From: Octopus sinensis
Lineage: Eukaryota
Length of the DNA: 64,000 nucleotides
Assembly: GCF_006345805.1 (NCBI RefSeq)
Contig: NC_042997.1
Span: 176,948,001 to 177,012,000, forward strand
Direction: 5' to 3'
The notes beneath the pieces are model-generated. The model was not told the DNA's origin. It saw nothing but the letters and a program-made list of their open reading frames with translations, and did no database searches. Below, in pieces: positions 24,425 through 37,196 of the stretch. Each line of letters begins with the position of its first letter. Positions within the stretch are counted from its first letter, which is position 1. The position numbers were made by a program, and so were the translations under genes.

Positions 24425-25451
24425 TGTTACTGACCACCTGCCGTCGCTCGGTCGATCGGCGAAAGTTCGCCCGGAAACCCGGGAAGAGAGAGAGAGAGAC
24501 AACAACAACAGCAGCCGCAAGAAGAACACAGAGCCAATCGAGAGAGACACAAAGAAGGCAATGGGCTCCACATTTAAGTACTAGTTTATATGACTATTAA
24601 TTGTTACAACATCAAATACATATCAGATAACATTTAAAGAGCAACCACGTCGAATTAAACAACAACTCAATACATCATACAGGTATACCACAAATCAAAG
24701 CATTTAAACATGCATATACAATATAACAGTCCGGAGACAACAGTTCTGTTTCAAATCACATTAAAGTTACAGTTCAAAGGACATTAAAGGCGTATACAGT
24801 TCAATGTTCATTACACAGTTCTCTTTTGCCTTAACACAACTCTGTACACAATGTCTTTACACAGTTCACATTGTTCTTTTTTTACTGTCTCATTTCTTTT
24901 ACATTTCAATACATCGATTCTTTTTCCTTCTTTCTCTTCACATATCAATGCAACAATAACACATACCGTTCAGTTCCTGCTATAATAGCCAATGTCTCAT
25001 ATTGTACCTCATCTCTCTTAGCACTGCTAAATCCAACTGCTAAACTGCTTGCCCTGAACACCAAATCCTCACCGCTAAATCCAACCGCTCGCCTTGATTT
25101 CCAAATACCGACTGCCAAAACCTCTTGCTCTGTCACTATCCCCAATATCTCTTTGCTGTAATACTCTCTCGCCGCTTAGTCCTATGTGCCTGTCTTCCTC
25201 AGCCCTTCATCCTCTCACTCTACTGTATCTCTCATGACAAGCCCCAGATTCCTTAATCTGTCTTCCTCGGCACTCAACATTTCTCTCACTGTCTCACACA
25301 CTGAACTCTAATTCACCTGACAGGGCCAAAGGTCCCCTAAAAGCCATCACTCTTCCGTGAACAAAGGACTATAACTTTGCATTCTAGACTTTCAGACTCC
25401 ACCCCAAGCAAAGTAGGTCAAGAAGTACTGTGAACCAGCCGAACCACAACA
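24425..25451 (-). mobile_element. probable solo LTR (Gypsy-like)
   Basis: TGTT...AACA termini, 5-bp flanking ATATA on both sides (weak evidence in TA-rich context), ~1 kb non-coding with internal short repeats (gctaaatccaac x2), no PBS or PPT adjacent. Confidence 0.5.
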
Positions 25452-25574
25452 ATATATATGCATATGTTTGTATACATTTGTGTGTAGCTATTTAGGATCT
25501 ACACAAATTTTATATATACTCACGAAGTTTACGATAAGCGGAGATGTTTACATTTTAGCTATTACATGTTTACG

Positions 25575-25830
25575 TTAACTACGTCACAAAATAGCTGTTT
25601 ACGTCACAGTAACAATATTTTGAGAAGCAGTAAATAATATGAGGCCGAAAGAAATAATATTCATTGGTTAAAATTCGAATTTTTAAACAACGTTAAACTT
25701 AGAAATTACAATTCCGTTTTCATTTTGGTTTACAATTATGTTTTCTTTAGACTAGACCATTCTAACCAGTATACGAAGTTTCAAATTGTTTAGTTAACTA
25801 GGAAAATCTAGCTTTCAAAAAGAAAAGATC
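25575..25830 (-). repeat. GGATCTTTTC-terminal repeat family, copy 3
   Basis: Reverse complement reads ggatcttttctttttgaaagctagattttcctagttaactaaacaatttgaaacttcgtatactgg. Confidence 0.75.
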
Positions 25831-25832
25831 CT

Positions 25833-25886
<54 letters not shown>

Positions 25887-26238
25887 TAATACACATACAT
25901 ATATACATATATATATGTATGTAAAATATGTATATAAGTAAATATACAGAGACACACATATGTTCGATCAAATGAATTAACTGCTCATGGCATCAGTCCG
26001 TAAATTGTTGAGCATTTTAGTAAACACATATACCTCAAGTACAATCAGCGCGGTAGACTGTGGAAGAAGATTCTAGCTTTGAATTGGAGGTAGAATCTAT
26101 AGGATTCTAAACATGTGGTAAACATAATTTCTCGCCCACTTTAACATAAACACTTGGTTTCAGGGTTCTCTTAGTGGACACCACTCTGTTGCAAGCATTC
26201 ACATCAAGTTTTCCTCATAATTCGCCGTTTATTCTTAC

Positions 26239-26255
26239 CTTTCTCTTCCAATCCT
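26239..26255 (-). CDS. candidate 17-nt micro-exon (xDWKRK)
   Basis: tttttctattatggtttaatcag|AGGATTGGAAGAGAAAG|gtaaga; phase 1 to 0. Confidence 0.35.
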
Positions 26256-26657
26256 CTGATTAAACCATAATAGAAAAATCAATGATTAGACTTATTAAAC
26301 GAGAAATATATTTCCAAATGCAGTAGAAACAGAAAGGAAATAAAGGGAAAAGGACAACATTAATAATTGACAAATATTTTTGTGTTGGTAAATACGAGCG
26401 ACAATTTCGTGTATGCGTCGCCTTTCTATGAAGGTTCTTCCGTGAAGCGTAGTGTCATCGTAACTTGTAACTTAGCAAAATGAACAAATCTCTAAGTAGA
26501 CTAAATCGTACTTTTCTTTGAACTGGAATAGGAGACATGATGTCATCTGCATAATAATTACATAGTTATGTCGGTGAAAGCATATATTTGAATAATCATA
26601 CATTGCACACAGCAAGGAATAAATTATGAGTAATAATGAAGGTGAATATTGTGTCTG

Positions 26658-26669
<12 letters not shown>

Positions 26670-26749
<80 letters not shown>

Positions 26750-27462
26750 TGAAATGGAAAGCCTGGAGATAATGGTAGAATTATTGAGTGTGAGTAAGAG
26801 TGTTAGAGGCAGAGAGCGAGAAAGGATCAATGTGAGAAAGAGAGGAAGAGAAAGAGTGTGTGAGTGAGAAAGGTACAATGGAAGAGAAATCAGAAAGAGG
26901 ATGTAAAAGAAAGAGTGTGAGAGAAAGAGGTAAATTATGAATGAGGAGTAGTGAAAAAGGAAATGTAAGTAAAGAGAGCGAACTAAAGAAAGTGGTAGAA
27001 AGAGAAAGGCTGAGAGGAGTTGATAAATAGATGAAGTTATAAAGAGAGAAACAGAGAGAGAGAGAAAAAGACAAAGTGGAAGAGAGAGAGATAGAGAGAG
27101 AGTTAATGAAAAAAAGTGTAAAAGGTAAGAAAAGAAGATGAACATAAGCTAATAAAGAGGAAAAGGCTGAGTGGAGTAAGAGAAAGAGATATAGTTATAA
27201 AAAGACGAATAGAGAGAGAAACGCAGTGTGGATGAAAGAAAGAAAGAAAGAGAGAGAGAGAGTAAGAGAGAAACAAAAAGATGGAAATAGAAAGAAAAAA
27301 GAACGCGAAAGTGTGAAAATCAAGAGCTAGAGAATAAAAGAGAGAAAGCGCAAAGAATAAAAAAAGAACGAATGATAGAGTGGCAACAAGAAAGAGAGTT
27401 CATAAGAGAAAGAGTGAGTGAAAGAAAGATAAAAAGAAAGCAAGATATATATATATATATAT

Positions 27463-27505
<43 letters not shown>

Positions 27506-27560
27506 AGAGAGAGAGAGAGAGAGAGAGAGACGGTGAGATAAAAAGTGGGAAGAGAGAGAG
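26670..27560. repeat. (GA)n and purine-rich low-complexity tract
   Basis: Direct reading. Confidence 0.93.
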
Positions 27561-28400
27561 GAGGAAATAGCAAGAGAATCAGAAATTACTTTTGATTAGA
27601 AATAAACTTAATTTGCCGAAAAGGAAGATATACGAAAACCGTTTGAGAAATAGAGCAAAATCAATATGTATGTATGTATGTATGTATATGGATATATATA
27701 TGTTATATGTATGTGTATGCATACGTATATACATACGCTTGCATGTATGTATATACATACACATTCACACACACATACATATATATCATGTGCAGCTCAT
27801 AGATTACAAGGCCAAGACGTAAATGAACTCAAAATGAGGTAGAATAGAATCAATAAAACATATTTATATGTAATAGCACATCCATAAACTATAAACCCCT
27901 AAACAAGAATAACCCTTTCCAGAATTAGAATACCCATGATTAGCGATCACGTAATATTAATATTAATATCAAAATCAATACACACATACACACACATAAA
28001 GCTAAGAGGCTTCCCATGAGTAAAATTAGTTTACTAAGCAAAAGGAAGAAGATGCCCTTAAAATTTTATTATGAATAAAAGCAAGGAAATATTTTTCATT
28101 TTTATTAAAATATGATACCGGTTTCAGTCATTTGAAAAGCTATTTTGTCATGCTGAAATGAAAGGAAAGATACATTGAAATATATTAAATGAATCTTTGA
28201 TGCTATCAGCCCTAGAAATTCACATATAATTTCTGAGAAAAATCACATAGTTTTGGTGTTCCGTTTGTATCTGTTACTCGGTCCTGGCAGTATCAGCCAG
28301 AACGGCGGCTGTCTGTAGTAGCAGCAGCAATAATTTTAGTGCTGTAGTTGTCGTTTTGTCAACCTAACTCGTATGTTATAGCAGTAAAGGCTGCGGTAGG

Positions 28401-28440
<40 letters not shown>

Positions 28441-28459
28441 TATATATCTATCTATATAT

Positions 28460-28652
28460 ATTCTTTTTTTCAGTTATTTGACTGCAGCCATGTTGGAGCA
28501 CCGCCTTCAAAGTTTTTTTAGTCGAACAACTCGACCTCTGGAGGTTTTTAAAGCCTAGTACTTATTCTATCGTTTTTTGCTGAACTGCTATGTTAAACGA
28601 ATGCAACCACCACCAAACCGGTTGTCAAGCGGTGATGGGGGACAAGCAAAAA
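28460..28652 (-). mobile_element. SINE family B (CORE-like, OR2-type by recollection) 3' part
   Basis: ttcagttatttgactgcagccatgttggagcaccgcc...agcctagtacttattctatc...gttgtcaagcggtgatggggg. Confidence 0.8.
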
Positions 28653-28681
28653 CACACACACACACGCAGAGGCATATATAT

Positions 28682-28718
<37 letters not shown>

Positions 28719-28734
28719 TATATATATTATATAT

Positions 28735-28794
<60 letters not shown>

Positions 28795-28866
28795 GTGAAA
28801 TAAAATAAGATAACAAGACCAATGCAATTTGATATATCCCTACGACATTTATGAATAGAAAGGGTG

Positions 28867-28914
28867 GTCTTACAGCTGTTTCAGAGAAATAAATGATATC
28901 CCATCATCAGAGAC
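28867..28914 (-). ncRNA. Penelope-type minimal hammerhead ribozyme motif
   Basis: GTCT-CTGATGA-TGGGA..TCTCT-GAAAC-AGCT-GTA-AGAC: stem I GTCT/AGAC, palindromic stem III ACAGCTGT, GUA triplet; imperfect stem II; lies 3' of the minus-strand PLE relic. Confidence 0.65.
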
Positions 28915-28929
28915 GAGTTAACAGAGCTT

Positions 28930-29720
28930 CAATAGAAGTAATTGGTAAAGTTCATTTTCTTTTAGAAGTTATTCTGGAGAAGGAGAAATATACAAGAAAT
29001 TAGATATAATGCAAAGAGTATAAAAGGAAAATATGAAAATAAAAATACAAGCTGGATGTTAAAGTTGCCTTTCCGTTATCGAAGAAATGTGTTGTGTAGA
29101 ATGGGTAAAGAGTTTTCTTGTCCATGATATGTAAAGTCCGATAAGAATTCATATGCTGTTATTTAGATTGTAGGTATTATTTCCATGTGTTGTTCATTCA
29201 AAAGGATCTTGTAGTATAAATGAATTTCGAGAATTATACTGATAAGGGGAATTAGATAAAGAAAGAAATGAATAGATAAGAATATTAGAAGGAAGAAAGA
29301 AGAGTGGTATTCTTAACGGCTAGAGTAGGAGTAGGGAAGGAAAAGGAGAAAGAAAAGGAGAAAAAGAAAAGAGGAGTGCTAGATGCTGGTCAAGATATTT
29401 TAAGGTGGTGAGGAGAGGAGAGATATCAATGGATAAAAGGAATAGGGGAGGGATAGAATGAAGAGATAAGAAGGTAAGAAAGAAGTATGTGTGAGAAGTT
29501 GACAGTGGAGGATAGGTTTGAAAAGGCACTGAGGTGGAGGGATAGATAAAGAATGTTGTACAGAAGGGAGGGGAATACTAAATGTGAGTAGTAAACCTCG
29601 AGAAGGAGAGAAGGGATGAAATAATAAGGAAGAGTGCTAGGAATTAAAGAGTGGGTGTGGAGAAATAATGGTCAAGTTTCTAAAAATAGACATAGGCATT
29701 TATAAAGAAGTCAGCTAAAA
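28930..29720 (-). mobile_element. decayed Penelope-like element 3' portion
   Basis: Degenerate similarity to PLE C-terminal/GIY-YIG region and position next to a PLE-type hammerhead. Confidence 0.45.
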
Positions 29721-29874
29721 TGAAGGAGGAAAGTTATTGTGGGGACTGATAAAACAGTAAGAGAAAGAAAAAATATGTATACAGATATACACATATATAT
29801 GTATATCAAGGATAAATTAAAAGTTAACCTATGGTCCTGTACAGGGGAAGTCATAACATGGTTTCATATTTTGA

Positions 29875-30750
29875 ACAACAAAAACTCGTTTTCAATTTGA
29901 TATAAATTTACTACTCATCTATTTCTCCAAAACTACTAAATAAAGCCCTCATTCTAGCTAGGAATCTAACTAACCTAACTCCACTGGAAATTAACAAATT
30001 TTAACGCCCAAAAAGCGCTCATTTCTTTCGAGGACAAGTTCTGGTGCTAGGTCAACCCCTATAACACCAACATCAACTATAACAACTTCTTCGTCATTAC
30101 TATGGGATCATCCGACTCTTCCCAGGTCATGGACCTCGTTGGACTATACTTACTTCATCAGCTCCGAGTACATTTTCCTAATATCAAGGGAGATCTGTAC
30201 AGAAATGACGTTTTGTTAGTCACCAAGGGCGGAAATAAATCTTCTTTAGAACGAATAAGGAAAGATCTACACAAGTTCTCTAACTTAAAGCTATCACTTT
30301 GAAAACTCTCTTAAAACTGCTAAATTTTAACCTCCCAATGCTCTGCATATCATAAACCCAACAAGTACCTTACGTATTTAAGCACTAACTCCAATCACCA
30401 CAAATCAACGTTCAATAATATAGTTAAGGGCATTTCCATTCGTATATCTGACCTCTCAGCCACTGAAGAAATATTCAATAACCACGCTCCATGTTACAAC
30501 CAAGCGCTCACTGCCAGCGGCTTCTCTCAACAAATAAAATACATCTCTAATACTAGACTCAAACAACATATATTCCAAGTCATATCACTTCAACGCGCTG
30601 GCCATCATAATTATAACCAACTATATGTGCATTATACTACAACCTCGGGGGAACACAGATTAAGACGGCTTAGAACCCCACACATATAACACTAGGTCAA
30701 AATCAAAAACAGCTTACAACAACATCACATTATCTTGACCACGAACTAAC
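29875..30750 (+). mobile_element. Penelope-like element reverse transcriptase relic
   Basis: FQFDI..YSSISPKLLNKAL; TMGSSDSSQVMDLVGLYLLHQL (TMGS.DGAE..ELVG); LYRND (YRDD); HKPN..YL...SNHH; GISIRISDLS..EEIF; relic may extend to ~31130. Confidence 0.85.
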
Positions 30751-31264
30751 ACTCTTTTTATCATTTCTTTCACCCTTCACATTTTTTCATTTTTTCACTC
30801 TCTTCACTTTTTCTTTCTCTCTCTCTTTTTTTCATTTTTTTCTTTTTTCTTTCTTTTTCTTCTTCATTTTCTCTTCCTGTTTTCAATTTGACCTATCTTC
30901 TCAGTCTAATCATGCACATCTCTCCTCTCCCGATCTATCGACAAATACTACTAATACATTCTCAAATTTTCATTCACACCACAAAACTCTTTCGAAAGGG
31001 CAACACTGAATCCACGGCTCCATACTTTGAAATGACTAAACGTGAACTGCTATGGAAACTTACATACAATGTACAGGAAAATTTTTTACCACTTCTATAC
31101 ACCATTTTCTTCGAATAATGGAACTGCAACTACGATATCTTTATATATCTCGTTTCTACTTTCATTCTCTTATTTCCCTCTATATTCCCTATCTCCTCCT
31201 TTTCCATAATAATTAGATCTCAAATATTTCCTCTATTTAATCTTCTCACAACCGTTCATTCTGT

Positions 31265-31275
31265 CTTATATATAT

Positions 31276-31319
<44 letters not shown>

Positions 31320-31590
31320 ATATATAATATAATATTAGGGAGTAAATCTAAACTTACATGGAAAAATTAGATTTGCCTAATTAGTGGTTTTTATCTCTAA
31401 TTTAATTTATATATATATATATATTATATATATTATATATATATATATCTATAATATTATATATATATATATATATATATAGATATACACACACACATAT
31501 ATATATGTGTATACTATATATACATATATATATACATACACACACGCACACATACATATGTATATGTATACCAACCCTATACATACACAC
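31265..31590. repeat. (TA)n/(CA)n blocks
   Basis: Direct reading. Confidence 0.93.
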
Positions 31591-31619
31591 GTCCAGACCT
31601 CTCATACGCACTAATAGCT

Positions 31620-31915
31620 GGTCATTCAACCCTATTATCTCCCCTTATTTCGCTCTCGCGTCTCATGTTTGATATTTGACCTCTGGCCGAAATCAGATCG
31701 CCATGTTGATTCGTTAGTTACTGCACGCATCTTTTTTCTCTCCTTCTTTCTGTGTTTTTTTTCTCTCTGTGTATCTTTCTGTTGAAGAGCGTAGGCTCGA
31801 AACGTTAAAGACTTGTTTTATTTATATTTCCTGAGCGCCATACTAATACAATTGTTTGTTTGTTTCCCACCTGCCTTCGTCTTTTGTCTATTTTCATAAA
31901 GCTTCCCGTTATATA
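31620..31915 (+). mobile_element. pLTR-like non-autonomous repeat with hammerhead-like motif at 31774-31811
   Basis: tcttt-CTGTTGA-a-GAGC-gtag-GCTC-GAAAC-GTT-aaaga; core A6 changed to T. Confidence 0.55.
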
Positions 31916-31957
31916 TAGTTATATATGTATGCGCACACATACACACATATATATATA

Positions 31958-32118
31958 TACGACGGGCTTCTTTCAGTTTCCGTCTACCAAATACACTCAC
32001 AAGGCTTGTGTCGACCCGAGGCTATAGTAGAAGACACTTCCCGAAGGGGCAACGCAGTGGGACTGAAGCCGGAACCATGTGGTTGGGAAGCAAGCTTCTT
32101 AACACACATCATGCCTGT
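31958..32118 (-). mobile_element. SINE family B 5' part
   Basis: acgacgggcttctttcagtttccgtctaccaaat...gaaccatgtggttgggaagcaagcttctta. Confidence 0.9.
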
Positions 32119-32739
32119 ATATATGAGTAATAATTTGAAATTCGGGCGTGCACCTCGTAGTATGCCGTTTAAAACCCGTACACTACATATGAGAGAAAGA
32201 GAAAAAACCCGGTATTCAAGGGATTCTTTATCAATAACGACAATCGCTTCGATCCATGCTGTATCGATCCCTCGCAAAGAGAAGTGTTCTTCATTTTATC
32301 TCAAGTTTTCTCACGTATGCGAATAACCACAGACAACTACCAGAATGTATTCAAATCGAAATAACCGAAACAGAGATTAAAGAACGAGGTCCCTTTTGGC
32401 ATGTTTCCTGACGAGGCACATCTGCGCCGAATAATACACCACAACTATTTGTACAGAATCTCACCTGCAAAGGACAGATGCACAACGGGTCGAAACGATC
32501 GTAATGATTAATAAAGAATCACACGAATTCCATTTTCTTTCACTTTCTCTGATATATATATTCAGACATGACAGAAGTAAATAGACACCCTTATAATCGT
32601 AAAAATTTGTTTAAATCTGAAATTATACATTCAAATTATATATTAATTTTTGTTGTAATTTGAATATTCAATATTTAGTAGATATTCTCTTTAGACTTTT
32701 TAATGCAAGAAAACACTATTAGGCATGTTAATGATCAGA

Positions 32740-33315
32740 TGATGAGTATTCTCTTGCGGAATTTCTTGTCAAGATCTAGCTTTGAAGATGCTTTCTTGTT
32801 CTTTTTATGAAGCGTGCTGTCCATTATGTCTCAGAGGTGTTCAATAGGGTTCATGTCTGGTGACTTGGAAGCTTGGCCATGGAAGCTTTTTAATGCCATT
32901 CTCATCCAACAAATCATGGGTCATTTTAGCCGTGTGACAAGGATTCCCATCTTCCATAAATAGTCTTCTTTAATCATTTTACCACTGGAGAAGATTGGAA
33001 GATTATCAGAATTTATGTTTCCTTCACTCTCCATCATCTCTTATCACTCATTGCTACAAATTGCTCCCCAGACCATCACAGAATAGCTGCCGTGTTTCAT
33101 TGTTGGCTGCAATATTTTCACATCAAATTCTTGATCGCAGTCTCCAGACCCACACTCGACAGCTGTCAGGAAATAAGCAAATCTGGACTCATCAGAGAAT
33201 ATGACAAGGTCCCAAAATGCCTTTCCACCATCTCACTGGCCCAGGCTTTCCTCCGCTTGATGTTGGCTGGTCGAAGAAGGGGCTTCCTTCTTGCTGCTCT
33301 GCCATAGCAAGCAAG
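32740..33315 (-). mobile_element. Tc1 (DD34E-type) transposase relic
   Basis: YGRAARRKPLLRPANIKRRK; QPTMKHGSYSVMVWGAI; FMEDGNPCHTAK; NGIKKLPWP; MNPIEHL. Confidence 0.9.
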
Positions 33316-33862
33316 TTTGTAGAGATACCTGACAGCTATTCTGGGATTTACATCAACTTGTTCTGTTACCGATATTTTTTGACAGTTGTGTCAACACGGA
33401 GGTCTACATGGACATTTTGGATCAATTTTGTGCTCGAACTCACTGAAGATGAAAAACAGGTGTACTCTTTCTGGCAGGACAGAGCGACTTGCTACACTTC
33501 TCTGGTGTACATGCAGCAAGTCCGTGGGATCTTCTGTGAGGAACGCACAGTTAGCAAAAATTTGTGGCTACCTCGTTCTCCTGACCTTTCAACGTGTGAT
33601 TATTATTTCTGGGGACACTTGAAAAGCACGTTGTACGAAATAGATTTGCGCATAATACAGGAACTGAAGCATTATATCACGCATGTGCTCGCCGTCATCG
33701 ATGTTGCTATTTTACCTGAACGTGGTTAGATGTGCACAACTGTGTGTATTGATGCTACAAAATCTTCTATGGTGGTGCGTCCTTTAAAACACGTGTAAAT
33801 TTATTTTTGTATTTAGACTATGTTACTGAACCTGGGCCATTTTTCCTTGTGCCACTCTGTAT
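33316..33862 (+). mobile_element. Tc1/mariner-superfamily (DD37D/DD41D-like) transposase 3' relic
   Basis: FWQDRATCYTS (FQQDGATxHT) and LWLPRSPDLSTCDYYFWGHLKSTLY (WPPRSPDL.P.DF.LWG.LK..VY); probable terminus cactctgta. Confidence 0.85.
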
Positions 33863-36476
33863 TTAAAGTTATTTACCCATAGTATCTATATCAATGTCAT
33901 TGTAATTAGGCATAAGGTTAGAAATTTCCCGCTTTATTTCTAACTTTATTTTCGTGCTGCTCTCGTTGTGACAATTTTTTCTTGCTATATGATGAAGAGA
34001 GAGCTGCTTCGTTCTTAGAGCAGAGAATTTCTGCTATTCTAAGAATTTAAATTAATGTGCTTTTTAACAAAATTTCAGTAATAAAAGTTATTTCCCATGC
34101 GTTCTCATTCTCCTATTGTTAATCATATTTTTACAGTCGTGTGTGTGAAAAATGCTTAAACATATGTATTTTCGCAGGATCAGCACTTTCTAAGATATGC
34201 AGCCTTTATAAAACTCCCAGTTGCATACATGTCAATATAAGACAAAATATGACTGTATTTTACCGAAAAATTGCCGTATAATTGTGAAAAGAGAGTTAAT
34301 AAATATTTTCACATGCGCAGAACAGCTACCCTAAAATTTCATTTTCAGTAGTCCGTATATCATTCTTGACAAAAGCGAGTTTATAACACTATCATTTTCC
34401 TGTTCACGACATTGCGAAAAAAATATGATGTCGCGAGATTTACATTATTTTCCAGTCTATGTTGAAGTTTGGCGTTTATCAAAGAACGACAGGTACGATA
34501 TAAAAAAACGTTACACTCAGAATGTGGTAATGAAAGATTTGAAGTGTTACTTGTTCACTTGGTAAGTCACACCGGGGATATTACATTGGAATTTGTACAA
34601 CAATAAAAATATTCTTCTGTTTCCAAGTCGATGAAGGACTTCCAAGGAGTTCCGAAAAAACCTTATTAGTGATTTTAAGGTTGAATTTTATGCTGATGCT
34701 AAGTTCCTTTTCAATAAAGATTGGCAGCACAGAAGAGAATGAGTTAAAAGCGTATCTAAAATGTTGGGCATGTTTAATTTCACTGAAAATTGTAAGAGCA
34801 GTTATCAGTGCCTACACATCTACTGTGCATCCCATCATCACTTATCTATATTTAACTATCTAATGAATGGAATGTTTGGAAAGTTATTTCTTGTTAAAAA
34901 CTTGTTAAAAACTTTGTTTTGGATGCGAAGGCTCAACGAAAAATTACAGGAAAGTTATGTTACATTTGTAGTTTGTGTGTTTATATTGGTAGTGTGTAAA
35001 GAGTATACGTGTGAAAGTGGCGATTCTGCTAGTGTTTGCGTTGACAGTTGTACGACTATTAGGCGTATTTTTGTTGCAAATAATTTGACTGGTGTTCCTG
35101 ATGTATGAATGTTATTCTTTAAAACAAAATTACTTTAATACGCGCATCTTACTTTGTTTTCCTCTTTACAGACACAGAGGACGTTGACTTACTTTCTATC
35201 ATGATTTATTTCTACCATATATTTATTTAAACTGTATGGCTTCAAAATCATATTCATACAACATTACAGTATTAAATTCATTTATGATGAATGATACTTT
35301 AATAAAATTCAAGGTTAGAGGTGAAAACATTTACACATTTCTAACTAAAATTCTCACAAAATTTTCTATTGTTCCCAAATAAATCATAACCAAATGTAGG
35401 TTCGTGTCAGGAATGATTAAAATGATATTTTATTGTAGTGTAAATTAATATATTTCAGTTATTTGAACACAAATACCACAATGTTTCTAAAATTTAGGTG
35501 CTCCAAATTTAGAGGGAAACTTCGCGATTCATCTCTTGTACAAATGTTCTTGAACTGAAGAAGAATGCGTGTTAAATTGAAATTCTTTCAAATTTCTGAA
35601 GTCACACGGTTGGCAAATAAAACAAAACAGTCTGAAGGATTGTATTAGTGTTATTATCAGCACTATAAGATACAATCATGATAAGATATTATTGTTTTAT
35701 TGACAGTTACTCCAAAGATTCGAAAATACACATTATTCTTTTAGTACACATTTTTAAAAGAAAAATTTGATGATTCGAAATTCAAGTTATTGTTTTTGAG
35801 TAAGTTTTACTGGCTATTAAAACATTGTATTACATTCGATTTTATTCATCAGTCGATTTAACAAAATCCCTTGGCTTTGGGAACCTTTAGTGGAGACCGC
35901 TCTTTTGCTAACATTCAGACCTGGCCTTGAAACTGAGAATAGTCCATAACTTGTCTGAGGCCCTGAAAAGGTTACAGGCGTCGCCTTTCCTCCACTGACT
36001 AAGTCATAAATAATATTCGTCATTGTTTAATTGTTGTTGTTTTTGGACACTAGTCAGTATTACGACCGAATGCATTCCAGCTGTGACCGTCGCGCCGTTT
36101 GTTCAAACACAGTGTCCCAAATACTAAATTATCCAATATATATTAAAATTTCAAGACGGTAGACTGTGATTTAAGAAATTTTTGGCAGCAGTTTTATTGC
36201 AGATCGAGAGCGCACGAAACTCTCTTTCGATAATAATGTTTGGTAGAAGCGTTAGCGCGTCGGCCACAATGCCTTGCCATACTTATTATGGCTCTTTACG
36301 TTGAGTTCAAACTCCCACATATCAACTGTGGTTTTCATACTTTCGGTTTCGATAAAATTAAGTACCAATTACAGTTATCTTCTTCAAATTTCAGACGCTA
36401 TGCCTCTGTTAGAGAATATATATATGTATCAAAGTCTTTCGTCACACATTTATGACCTGATCATTACCTTATTCCT

Positions 36477-36705
36477 TGGCGGCGAGCTAGCGACATCGTT
36501 ACTGCATCCGATTTAAATGCTTAGCGACATTTTTTCCAGTTCTATACATTCTGAGTTTAAATTCCACCAAAGACGACTTTGCCTTTCATCAATTCAGGAT
36601 CGATACACTTGTAATACGTACCAGTGAAACACTGGGTTCGATATAATCGGTTACATCCTCTCATTAAGATTACTATCCTTGTGCCATAATTTGGAACCAT
36701 TATTG
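36477..36705 (+). mobile_element. old SINE family A copy (tail-3)
   Basis: ggcggcgagctagc...tttgcctttcatc...taccagtgaaacactggg...ccttgtgccataatttggaaccattatt. Confidence 0.7.
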
Positions 36706-37157
36706 ACTTAGATATACATTTCAACCCGTAGAAGCACCTTTGTTCGCCTCATTAGAAAGACCAAATGTTTCATAAACGCAGTTAGCCAAAGCATTTCAGT
36801 AAATATCAAAAGGAAAAAAAAATGGAAAAAAATAATCGGTTGAATATTCCTATGAGAATACCAATTTGATATTGTCATAGACAACTAAATTGATATTGTT
36901 CTTAGAAACAGGATACGTGAGTTTAGCTGCCATTCTGTGTATCTAACGATTAGGAATATATCACCTAAAGAAGCGTGGTGAAGGAAAGAAAAAATAGTTA
37001 CAGTAAGCTCATTGGTAACTCATTATCTCATTTATAGTTTTCTATTCAAAGTGATAGGAATAATATTTGTCATGTACTGCTTTCTTTATATAACTAATTA
37101 CTGGTATTGCTGTTAGTGTACTATCAACAATATGTATTTGCATGTGGTTATGAGTGT

Positions 37158-37196
<39 letters not shown>

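Noticed and set aside
33217-33729. 170-aa ORF as an intact transposase gene
   Set aside because: It spans the junction of two unrelated truncated relics; the catalytic motif is degenerate (QDR, LPRSPDL) and the N-terminus is missing
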